Source: a bacterium
GTDB taxonomy: Bacteria; Hinthialibacterota; Hinthialibacteria; Hinthialibacterales; Hinthialibacteraceae
NCBI GenBank assembly: GCA_963662285.2
Contig: CAXXMV010000008.1
Span: 32,001-96,000 of the forward strand
DNA length: 64,000 nucleotides
Direction: 5' to 3'
Below the pieces are notes generated by a model. It was not told the DNA's origin. It did no database searches and was given only the letters and a program-made list of their open reading frames with translations. Shown here piece by piece: positions 31,983-40,780 of this stretch (positions are counted from its first letter, which is position 1; each line of letters begins with the position of its first letter). The position numbers were made by a program, and so were the translations under genes.

Positions 31983-33941
31983 CTAATCCCGTGCGTCTGA
32001 CGTATTGCTATTTTTTTCAGAATAAGCATTACGATCAGCGGTTTCATCATTATCACTTGATTCAGGTTCGGGTTTACTATCTTGCTCGGCGCCTTTTGCA
32101 GAATCACGTTCACCCTTGATTTGTTCGACCAGATCATTCACCTGCTCGGCTCTCAACACTTCATGTTGCAGCAAAGCATTAGCTATACCATCGAGAATAT
32201 CATGGTTTTCATCAAGTATGTTTTTAGCGCGGTGGTAGCATTCATCAACAATTTGACGAACTTCTTTATCAATTTCAAACTGAATTTCTTCGCTGTATTC
32301 CCGGTCTTTGTAAAAATCCCGACCGAGAAAAACCTGGTTGTCATTCAATCCAAAAGTAAGAGGTCCAAGTTTTTCGCTCATACCAAAGCTGCATACCATG
32401 CGGTGCGAAATATCCGTAACGCGCTCCAGATCGTTCTGGGCGCCGGTGGTTACATCATTAAAGACAATGTCTTCGGCAACCCGACCGCCCAGCAAAGTCG
32501 TCATGCGAGAGTTCAGTTCCTTTTTGGAAGTCAGATAACGATCTTCCACCGGCAAATGCATGGTATAACCCAAGGCTTTGCCTCTGGGTAGAATAGATAC
32601 TTTGTGAACTGGATCAATCTCATCCAAAAACAGGCCTACAACAGCATGACCGGATTCATGATAAGCAATAATTTTCTTCTCTTTATCAGTGATAGCACGG
32701 CTTTTGCGCTCAGGGCCGGCGGTTACGCGTTCGATGGCTTCTTCAAAATCTTCCATCTCCACGCTGTCTTTCATTTTACGGGCCGCCATTAAAGCCGCTT
32801 CGTTCACGGTGTTACAGAGGTCAGCGCCAGAAAATCCCGGAGTACGGCGGGCTATAACCTCATATTCAACCGCCTTGGAAACAACAACATTTTTAGTATG
32901 AACTTCGACGATGCCCAGGCGTCCTTTCAGATCAGGCAAATCAATAATGATCTGACGGTCAAATCGACCGGGACGAAGCAAGGCCGGATCAAGTACGTCA
33001 GGGCGGTTAGTTGCGGCAATAAGAATTACTTCCTCATTGGTATTGAAACCGTCCATTTCAACCAGCAGTTGATTGAGGGTTTGTTCGCGTTCATCATGAC
33101 CGCCGCCCACGCCAGCGAAACGCTGACGCCCGACAGCATCGATTTCATCCATGAATATTATACATGGAGAGTGTTTCTTGCCTTGCTCAAACAGATCGCG
33201 GACGCGGGAGGCGCCCACGCCGACGAACATTTCGACAAAATCAGAACCGCTGATGCTGAAAAAGGGAACATTGGCTTCGCCTGCAACTGCACGCGCCAGC
33301 AATGTCTTACCGGTTCCCGGAGGACCATGAAGCAGAACGCCATGAGGAATCTTGCCGCCCAGTTTCTGAAAGCGTTTGGGATCTTTAAGAAATTCGACGA
33401 TCTCTTTCAGGTCTTCTTTTGCCTCGTCGCAGCCCGCGACATCCTCAAAAGTCACCTTGGTCTGACCTTCATTGTTCATACGGGCGCGGCTTTTGCCGAA
33501 TGACATGGCCTTGCTGCCGCCCATCTGCATTTGGCGCATAATGAATATCCAAACGCCTATCAGCAGCAATATGGGCAGTAAACTGGTCATTATACTGAAC
33601 ATCCAGTTACTGTCTAACTTGTTATCATACTTAAACGCATTGTTTACAGTATCTTTGTATTTCTTGCAGGACTTAGTCAGACCATCCACCTGTTCCTGAG
33701 TAGCCAATATGACCTTATACCCGTATTTTTTACCGGCTTCGGTGGTTTTTTCGTATTCACCTTCAATTTTACTAGCTGAAATTAGCGCATTAATCAATAC
33801 GATATCCGGCTTTTCGCCATTTAATATACTATCCAGCTCATCATAGCGTAGTTCAGTCTTCTGATCGGTCTGAATCGAAGCGACAACTAAGATGATTATG
33901 AGAAAAAGCAATCCATAAAATAAAACAGTTCTATTAAACAA
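31983..33941 (-). CDS. ftsH: ATP-dependent zinc metalloprotease FtsH
   Basis: 2 [33 protein letters not shown] zinc motif; TTG start. Confidence 0.97.
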   Translation of the reverse strand: MFNRTVLFYGLLFLIIILVVASIQTDQKTELRYDELDSILNGEKPDIVLINALISASKIEGEYEKTTEAGKKYGYKVILATQEQVDGLTKSCKKYKDTVNNAFKYDNKLDSNWMFSIMTSLLPILLLIGVWIFIMRQMQMGGSKAMSFGKSRARMNNEGQTKVTFEDVAGCDEAKEDLKEIVEFLKDPKRFQKLGGKIPHGVLLHGPPGTGKTLLARAVAGEANVPFFSISGSDFVEMFVGVGASRVRDLFEQGKKHSPCIIFMDEIDAVGRQRFAGVGGGHDEREQTLNQLLVEMDGFNTNEEVILIAATNRPDVLDPALLRPGRFDRQIIIDLPDLKGRLGIVEVHTKNVVVSKAVEYEVIARRTPGFSGADLCNTVNEAALMAARKMKDSVEMEDFEEAIERVTAGPERKSRAITDKEKKIIAYHESGHAVVGLFLDEIDPVHKVSILPRGKALGYTMHLPVEDRYLTSKKELNSRMTTLLGGRVAEDIVFNDVTTGAQNDLERVTDISHRMVCSFGMSEKLGPLTFGLNDNQVFLGRDFYKDREYSEEIQFEIDKEVRQIVDECYHRAKNILDENHDILDGIANALLQHEVLRAEQVNDLVEQIKGERDSAKGAEQDSKPEPESSDNDETADRNAYSEKNSNTSDARD

Positions 33942-33953
33942 TGCTTCAAACCC

Positions 33954-34109
33954 CTATTTGGTTTTATCTGTCTCGAAACGTCTATAAACTGTATTCCAAT
34001 ATGGAAACAGCAATACTGGCTTAAATTTACATAAAATCAGGCGAGAGAATGGAATAGAATTAACTATAGATACAACGCTTGTCTGCGTATACTTACGACT
34101 TTTACCCAC
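33954..34109 (-). CDS. Candidate 51-aa leader ORF upstream of ftsH
   Basis: AAGGAG-5nt-GTG; MGKSRKYTQTSVVSIVNSIPFSRLILCKFKPVLLFPYWNTVYRRFETDKTK; its TAG abuts the ftsH AGGGG RBS. Confidence 0.3.
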   Translation of the reverse strand: MGKSRKYTQTSVVSIVNSIPFSRLILCKFKPVLLFPYWNTVYRRFETDKTK

Positions 34110-34128
34110 ATACTCTCCTTAATTGTTA

Positions 34129-34156
34129 ATGGTAAATCTTTTAACCCTGCTGTCAA
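34129..34156 (-). promoter_or_regulatory. sigma70-type promoter for the ftsH leader
   Basis: TTGACA-16nt-TACCAT on the minus strand. Confidence 0.55.
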
Positions 34157-34436
34157 GCAAACACAAGCTATTTAATCCCACTAAACAGGCAATATATCAT
34201 TATTAAATTGATCCATCCCATGCTTTTAACATTATTCAATCGAAACATTCTTCCAAAAGTGGATTTCTCCTTACCTGGAATTTTTCGTTTTATTTACTCT
34301 CTCCAATAACTAATATTATAATATAACGGATTATAAACTAATAAATTACAGATTATTTGTTCAGCTATTCATCCAGCATCAGGGAGTAGTGCGCTCATGC
34401 ACCTGCTTGGGTGGCTTTGGGCGCCCGCAAGAAGCG

Positions 34437-36155
34437 CTAATTAACTTGATCATTACAACTATTGAGAATTGTTTGAAGAGAATTTCGAGCGTCTTCTGTG
34501 GTAACTCCTTCTTTCAAAACCGACGAAAGAACTATATTTACCGTCCCTAACTTTTTGAGTTCCTGACAGAATTTATCCATATCAGACGGTTTATAGTTTT
34601 CCCCATCTGTTCCACCTACCGCTTGATTAAGCATATCTAAAGCAGGATAAGCCCGCAAATAAGCAGCGCGATAACTTCCCAAACGGGAAAATTCAGCGAT
34701 AAATATAGGTTGGTGATGAATTGTCTGGTGATATAAGTGAATCCCGCTCAATTTTGATGGAGTAAAAGGAATTTCCAATACTGGTTTTGACGCAGCCTTG
34801 TAATACTCAGCCGGCGCCTGGTAATCAATTATACGGGGCAACCGCCACCCCGTCTCGATCAGAAAAATGGCGCCCAGAGCCAGAGATGAGAATATCATCT
34901 TACGACTGGCGCAGTGTTTATCAAATAAGTTTTGCAATCCTAACAGGCCGAACAAAAGATATGCGGCCAAGCCGATGTATGCGAACCGTGCATAGACCCT
35001 GATAACAGTTAAGGCTGGAATTAACTCAAATATCCCCGCAGGTAGAAAAATGGGGACTCCCATTATGGTGACGGGATGTCCATTAAACATCAGCACCGGA
35101 CCTAGTGAGAAAACCATGAAAACAGCTGCTAGAGTTAATAAAATCCTGCGGTTCCAGCGGTCTTTTTCCGCTTTCCATCCCAACCATCCAAAGACTAAGG
35201 GTAACAGCATCATCACCAGTCCGGGATTGAGACGAAATTCCTCGCTCTGCTGTAAATGGGGCAAATCGTCCAGCAGCCACAGCGGCGCCGCCAGATGCAT
35301 CAGGTCGACTGACCAGAAGGCCGAGAATTTCAAGGCTACCGGGTCTACATAGTCCATTGGCTCTGATCCCAGGTGCAAATATGCATATACCGACATTCCA
35401 ATTACGGCCCCCGGCAATGCAACGCAGCGCAACGCCCAAAACAGGTTTGATATATTACATTTTTGGATCAAAAGCAGGAATGCGCGAATTGATAAATAGA
35501 AGCCTACGAATAAGCCGTAATACCAATCCGAAAAGAAAGCCAGCAGCCACGCCAGACCAATACCAACTGCATAACGCCACTTGCGGCTGGCAATGCTGCG
35601 TTCGCAATAATAAAATGATAGAAATAACCAGGCCGTGGAAAACAGGTTCAAGTGAATCTGATGCGCCCATCGATAAGGTCCGAAGGCCATAATCAGACCT
35701 ATCAAAACCGCAACCGTTCGCCGGGCGCCCAGACGCATGGCCCACATTGATGCAAAACAACCAGTCAACACCGTGTATATCACAAACAAAGCGTTGTAAG
35801 CCGCCACCGGGCCGAATATCGCCGTGATAGGAGACGCTATAATTCCATTAGTAATCGAAAGGGTATGAAAACGCAGGTCGCAACCCCACGGAATAAAGAT
35901 CATATCGCATCGCAGGGGTGATATGCCGCGCTCAAAAAGCGCATAATAAACCCACCATAAATTCCAAATATTGGCGCCTTTGTCTCCAAAAGGCATTACG
36001 GCGAGATGTCTGGTGAGATGCAACAGAACCGGGAAACAGGCCGCTAGCGACAAGACCGTAAAAATGCTTAAAAAAAAGAACCATTCACACTCTATCCAAC
36101 GCTCTAACCAACTGGCGGCGCTCTTTGTCTGTTTATTCTCGCTGACTGTATCCAT
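34437..36155 (-). CDS. Multi-TM GT-C-like (YfhO-type) membrane glycosyltransferase
   Basis: GD...NIWNLWW, F.P.G..L.FH, GPV.AYN, FGPYR..H..HLNL, SLGP, RVYARF, VLEIP, Y.QT.H..P. Confidence 0.65.
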   Translation of the reverse strand: MDTVSENKQTKSAASWLERWIECEWFFFLSIFTVLSLAACFPVLLHLTRHLAVMPFGDKGANIWNLWWVYYALFERGISPLRCDMIFIPWGCDLRFHTLSITNGIIASPITAIFGPVAAYNALFVIYTVLTGCFASMWAMRLGARRTVAVLIGLIMAFGPYRWAHQIHLNLFSTAWLFLSFYYCERSIASRKWRYAVGIGLAWLLAFFSDWYYGLFVGFYLSIRAFLLLIQKCNISNLFWALRCVALPGAVIGMSVYAYLHLGSEPMDYVDPVALKFSAFWSVDLMHLAAPLWLLDDLPHLQQSEEFRLNPGLVMMLLPLVFGWLGWKAEKDRWNRRILLTLAAVFMVFSLGPVLMFNGHPVTIMGVPIFLPAGIFELIPALTVIRVYARFAYIGLAAYLLFGLLGLQNLFDKHCASRKMIFSSLALGAIFLIETGWRLPRIIDYQAPAEYYKAASKPVLEIPFTPSKLSGIHLYHQTIHHQPIFIAEFSRLGSYRAAYLRAYPALDMLNQAVGGTDGENYKPSDMDKFCQELKKLGTVNIVLSSVLKEGVTTEDARNSLQTILNSCNDQVN

Positions 36156-37851
36156 ATTTACGCTTCCCCAGGATTTGGTGTGGGGAGATTCTCCTGAACT
36201 GGCCGCTTGCGCCTGGATTCTGGGCGTACCGCATCCAACCGGTTACCCATTGTATATGTTAGCGGTGCATATATTTCAAGCGCTGCCCTTCGGTACAGTT
36301 ATATTTCGCGCACATTTGTTCTCTGCGTTATGCACGGCGGCGGCGTGTTCAGTATTGTTTTTATTCCTGCAAAAAATCTTGAGCGACGCCTTCACCAATA
36401 AACTCACATTAACCCTGTTGCCGACGTTGATATCCGTGACAGCATGGACATTGACTCCGGTGGTCTGGTCGCAAAGCCGTATTGCAGAGGTCTACGCTCT
36501 TTTCGCCTTGCAATTCACCCTGGCATTACTGGTGTTCTCTTATGCCATGAAGAATCCCCGGAAAGCGCTGCCTCTACTGGCATTTCTGTTCGGGTTGATG
36601 CTGATTCATCATAGACTGGCGATTTTCCTGATGGCTATGATTGGCTTGTTTATTTTACTACGGATTAATCCTGCAACATCATCTTATTTCTGCAATGATC
36701 ATGACCAGCCGCGCTTATCACTCAAAACGCTATTACTTTCGTTATGCATGCTGATCATTCCATGCCTGTTCTTGTTGTATTTTCCAATACGGGCGCTCTA
36801 TAATCCAGCCATCAACTGGTATGACCCAGATACGCTGGAGCGTTTTTATCAGCTGATCAGCGGTAAACTCTACTCCGGGATACTAACCAGTAATTTGGTG
36901 CAGGCTCTAGCCAATCCCTATGCGGCCTTTATGCGTTTAATTTATCTGATTGCCCTGCCCTTCTTATGCTTCAGCATAATCGCGGCGCTGATTCCCTGGG
37001 GATGGATATTGCTCTTCAAAAGAAAAAACTGGTGGGCGGTGTTCACCTTGCTATTATTCTTGATATATCAGACTTTTATTCTGTTATACACAGTAGGCGA
37101 CTGGCCGGTTTTTATGCTTCCGGGATTGATCCTGCTGACCATTCCCCTCTCTTTCGGCATTGCCGGGATATTCGATTTGATTCAAAAGCAGCAATTCAAG
37201 CATTCCATAGCAATGATTATCTACGCTTTCGTTATCACATTATCGGTAATGCCCTTTTGGGTGCGCTTCGACGACCAGGGCGGCCTGCTCAACCAATCGA
37301 TCTCATTATCAACATTTTCTTTCGATAACGGTGAGTTAAGAAACCGATTAAACAGCGTGCATGACCTATCGACCACTACCTACGCCAACCGAGTATGGAA
37401 CAAAGTCCCAAACGGCGCCCCTTTGATAACCGGATTGGAAGCGGCCACCGCCGATTATGAACTCTATCCCCTGCTCTACCAGCAAATTGTCGAACATCGC
37501 AGCGCATCATCGCCCTTAATCGGCGCAGGCTTCATTCATCTTGATTGGTATAGATCAGAAGTTTCCCGCAAGTTATCGATCTCTCTTGAAGCGCGTCATG
37601 GAGAAATTTATCAGAGCCGGGAGCAATGGCATAAAGAATTCTGGAGTGATATCATGGAGCCAGCCCTGGCGGTCGGGCCGGTATATACAACATCATTTTC
37701 AATCCTAAGCCCTGCGCCGCAGGATTGGAAGATTAAAGCCAATATGCAATACCTGGGCAAGATAGATTTCGACCGCTCCCGGACGCCATTGTTTTATCAG
37801 AATTACACGCCCAGCGGGGATATGTATCGGATTAGTAAAAATAATAATTAA
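36064..37851 (+). CDS. DUF2723 / TMEM260-like GT-C membrane glycosyltransferase (putative protein O-mannosyltransferase family)
   Basis: GDSPELAACAWILGVPHPTGYPLY, WSQS.IAEVY, HH, Y.PIRA..P..NW..P; start uncertain (ATG 36064 preferred). Confidence 0.8.
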   Translation: MLKKKNHSHSIQRSNQLAALFVCLFSLTVSIFTLPQDLVWGDSPELAACAWILGVPHPTGYPLYMLAVHIFQALPFGTVIFRAHLFSALCTAAACSVLFLFLQKILSDAFTNKLTLTLLPTLISVTAWTLTPVVWSQSRIAEVYALFALQFTLALLVFSYAMKNPRKALPLLAFLFGLMLIHHRLAIFLMAMIGLFILLRINPATSSYFCNDHDQPRLSLKTLLLSLCMLIIPCLFLLYFPIRALYNPAINWYDPDTLERFYQLISGKLYSGILTSNLVQALANPYAAFMRLIYLIALPFLCFSIIAALIPWGWILLFKRKNWWAVFTLLLFLIYQTFILLYTVGDWPVFMLPGLILLTIPLSFGIAGIFDLIQKQQFKHSIAMIIYAFVITLSVMPFWVRFDDQGGLLNQSISLSTFSFDNGELRNRLNSVHDLSTTTYANRVWNKVPNGAPLITGLEAATADYELYPLLYQQIVEHRSASSPLIGAGFIHLDWYRSEVSRKLSISLEARHGEIYQSREQWHKEFWSDIMEPALAVGPVYTTSFSILSPAPQDWKIKANMQYLGKIDFDRSRTPLFYQNYTPSGDMYRISKNNN

Positions 37852-37865
37852 GCAAGATAATATCA

Positions 37866-39656
37866 ATGAACCAAAATCAATCATCACTACCCAAATGGGA
37901 TCGTATAATCGCCTTTATCATTCTGGCGGTTACTCCCTTGATCATAAGTCTCACTACCTATGATTCTTTTATTTTACCTAAAATATTCTGGCTGTCAGTC
38001 TGGGCTTCATTGTGGATGATAGTTATCGTATGGCAGCCTATCCGATGGACGCTATTTGCTTCTCCTCTGACCAAACCACTGGCCGCCTTGTTCGCCGCAT
38101 CGCTGTTATCGGTGCTGCTTAACTACCGCAGCCCGATTCAGCTGCATGGACTGATGAACCTGGCCATTTTCATCGCCCTCTATTTCGCTTTTCAACGTTT
38201 TTGGAATATGCGGCAAAGCCCTCACCGCGTGGCGCAAGCCTTGATGGCGTCGGCCTGCCTTATCGCGCTATATGGTTTATTGCAGGATTATGGATTCGAC
38301 TTCGCCAACGCCACTGGAGGCGTGCGCGACTGGCGCGCTAAAGTTATTTCCACCCTGGGCAATCCTAACTTTCTGGCTGGTTGGATAGCAATCTGTCTGC
38401 CGGTGGTTATCGGCTATGGCCTTAGAAAAAAGACCCGCTTTTTCGGCTTCCTATATACCGGGGTTACCGTGATGCTAATCGCGGCATGTCATTCGGTCAC
38501 CTTCAGCGTTGGCGCTGCGACTGGCTTAATCGCAGCTTTAATTACATCAATCAGCGGTTCGGTCTTCTTATTGCGCCGCATCCGCATTCCCGTCATTAGA
38601 AGCATCATCTTATGCGTCATCGCGGCCAGCGCCGTTGGTTGGTATATGCTGGAAAATCCATACAACAGTCATGGCCGCTCGCTCTACCGCGAAGCCTGGG
38701 AATCTCCCCACTGGTGGTCAGGCATGGGAGCGCGTCGCTTTATCTGGCAGACCACCCGCCTGATGATCGAAGACAAACCAGTGACCGGCATCGGCTTCAG
38801 CAACTATCTGACGGTTCACGAACACTATCAGGGCATGAATTATAAACGGCAATGGCACGCCCATGACCGCGACTATGTAGTTCCGGTAGACCAGCCTCAT
38901 TTTCAGTTACTGGAAACCGCCGCCGAACTGGGGCCGTTGGGCGTCTTCACATTACTATGGATAGCCATGGCCTGGCTCAAAGCCGCTGGGCGCACCCTGC
39001 GCCGCTCGCCCGACCCCTGGTTCGCCTGGGGAGCCTATGCGGGAGTCTGGGTGGCGGTGATGCACTCGTTCTCCAGTTTCCCCTTCCACCTCCCGGCCAA
39101 CGCTTTACTAGTGGTCGTGCTGGGGTCGTATATCACGGCATCGCCCCGACCGGACTCAAGCGAACCAGTCACGGCGCCGCTGTGGTCCAAGATCGCCTGC
39201 GTCGCTATCGCTCTGATAATATGCATTTCGGCTGGAGCGCAATATTTCGGCAGCCAGTACATGCGTTGGGGATTCGAAAGCAATGGCTTATCAGCCATCG
39301 ACAACCTGACCAAGTCGCGCAGTCTCAATCCATACTCGCACCAAACCCATTTCCTGTTGGGATTGCAATATAAAAACCAGGGCTGGTATGACCACGCGCT
39401 TGAATCATTCAAACGCGCCTTACGGTATCAGGAAGACATTCAATCCCATAAACAGATGGCGGAGATATATCTTTTGAAGAATGATATACCATCCGCCATC
39501 AAAGAGCTTGAACGCATTATCGAGATTAATCCCGTCTTCCCAGGGCATTACCGCGACTTGATCACCGTCTTGGGCGACAAAGCCTCCCCGCAGCGCATTA
39601 AAGAACTGACTACTCTGGCAGAGCAACTTGAGGCGCAACTTGATACTAGTGGATAG
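37866..39656 (+). CDS. O-antigen-ligase/O-oligosaccharyltransferase-like (Wzy_C) membrane protein with C-terminal TPRs
   Basis: F.LPK, STLGNPNFLAG, R..IW.....MI.D.P.TGIG..NY, PH...LE.AAELG..G, HSF.SFP.H; TPR helices. Confidence 0.8.
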   Translation: MNQNQSSLPKWDRIIAFIILAVTPLIISLTTYDSFILPKIFWLSVWASLWMIVIVWQPIRWTLFASPLTKPLAALFAASLLSVLLNYRSPIQLHGLMNLAIFIALYFAFQRFWNMRQSPHRVAQALMASACLIALYGLLQDYGFDFANATGGVRDWRAKVISTLGNPNFLAGWIAICLPVVIGYGLRKKTRFFGFLYTGVTVMLIAACHSVTFSVGAATGLIAALITSISGSVFLLRRIRIPVIRSIILCVIAASAVGWYMLENPYNSHGRSLYREAWESPHWWSGMGARRFIWQTTRLMIEDKPVTGIGFSNYLTVHEHYQGMNYKRQWHAHDRDYVVPVDQPHFQLLETAAELGPLGVFTLLWIAMAWLKAAGRTLRRSPDPWFAWGAYAGVWVAVMHSFSSFPFHLPANALLVVVLGSYITASPRPDSSEPVTAPLWSKIACVAIALIICISAGAQYFGSQYMRWGFESNGLSAIDNLTKSRSLNPYSHQTHFLLGLQYKNQGWYDHALESFKRALRYQEDIQSHKQMAEIYLLKNDIPSAIKELERIIEINPVFPGHYRDLITVLGDKASPQRIKELTTLAEQLEAQLDTSG

Positions 39657-39682
39657 TGATTGGTTTTCGTTGGTGGATTTTT

Positions 39683-39711
39683 GGTGGGTCGGTGAGGCTA
39701 ACACACCCTAC
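39683..39711 (-). repeat. GTAG-type REP element (degenerate)
   Basis: GGTGGGTCGGTGAGGCTAACACACCCTAC between convergent genes. Confidence 0.65.
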
Positions 39712-39798
39712 GCGTAGGTGGGTAGATAGTCGGGAGTGGGGAGTGAGAAGGTGGGCGCCAAGGATAGTGTATTTTATGTCCTTGATTGAATTCAACTT

Positions 39799-40692
39799 TT
39801 ATTTATTATGCACCATCACCGCATCCCATAACTTTACGCCGATGCGCTGGGCCACAACATCGCATTTGGCTTTCAGGATAAAGAAGATATTCTCTGAGCG
39901 CGAGCAGAGCGTTTCGTAATTGGCCTGTCCTTTGGAGATAATAATATCTGCGTTGAGAAAATCATCGCGCAATTGATTGGTCAGTTTCTCGATCATGGTT
40001 CCCAACTCGGCTTTGCCATTATCAATCACAGGAACCACTTTATCCAAACCCACCGCACGCGCATCTTCCATGGTCGCATCGTTTAATACCGTCGTACCGC
40101 GCACTACCGCCGTAATCTTAAACTCGGGATACTGGCGTTTCAACTCTTCGATAAACAGACGGTCGAACACAATCTCCCCAGCGTTGTCGCACAGATAAAG
40201 CAACCTGGCGGATTCACTCTTCTCATTGAGTTCATCACATTGCCGGACAAACTCAGCAAAATCATCGTGCATAAATCCTTCACGCAACACTTTTGCTATA
40301 GTGGCGTGAATGTCGAAATCATCATGCACGCCTAGATCTATGATGTTGCCGCAAGCCGCAAGTTGACATGCTAGATGGAGCGGAGCATCGCTGTTTTTAA
40401 TTTTGTCATTTAGTTCATCATATAACGCAAGAGCCATTTCGTTGTTCTGAACTTTGATATCCCTGAACGGATCATCCACCCCGGCGTGACGCTCAGCCAT
40501 ACGGATAGCGATCAGGGTTAATGCAGCTGGAGATATATCAGGATCAGCGTTATCGATCTTATCATTGAGTTCCAGATAAAAGGCTTCCGTTTCCGCTGCA
40601 GATGGCTGCTCTTCCAGTTGTTTAAGACTCAAATCATAAATTCTGGTTCCCTGACGTTTGGAACAATCAAGGCATTTTTCTATAAAGCGCAT
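39799..40692 (-). CDS. DUF89/ARMT1-like damage-control phosphatase
   Basis: C..C...Q, DPF...K, GNIID, YLCDNAGEIVFD, LNDAT.EDA, IISKGQANYE, LKAKC. Confidence 0.9.
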   Translation of the reverse strand: MRFIEKCLDCSKRQGTRIYDLSLKQLEEQPSAAETEAFYLELNDKIDNADPDISPAALTLIAIRMAERHAGVDDPFRDIKVQNNEMALALYDELNDKIKNSDAPLHLACQLAACGNIIDLGVHDDFDIHATIAKVLREGFMHDDFAEFVRQCDELNEKSESARLLYLCDNAGEIVFDRLFIEELKRQYPEFKITAVVRGTTVLNDATMEDARAVGLDKVVPVIDNGKAELGTMIEKLTNQLRDDFLNADIIISKGQANYETLCSRSENIFFILKAKCDVVAQRIGVKLWDAVMVHNK

Positions 40693-40780
40693 TATGGTAA
40701 ATCCTTCTTGGTTTTTGATAATTGGTGATATGATATTTTAAGGACGCCTATTACATCGTTGGATACTGAATGAGGTCAAT

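Noticed and set aside
32082-33699. Long plus-strand ORFs (169 and 201 aa) antisense to ftsH, and similar ones opposite the sulfatases and CotH gene
   Set aside because: Typical shadow ORFs from codon bias of conserved genes; no motifs or RBS
34386-34437. Degenerate REP-like fragments (GTAGTGCGCTCATGCACC, GCTTGGGTGG, GGGCGCCCGCAAG)
   Set aside because: Too decayed to delimit confidently as a feature
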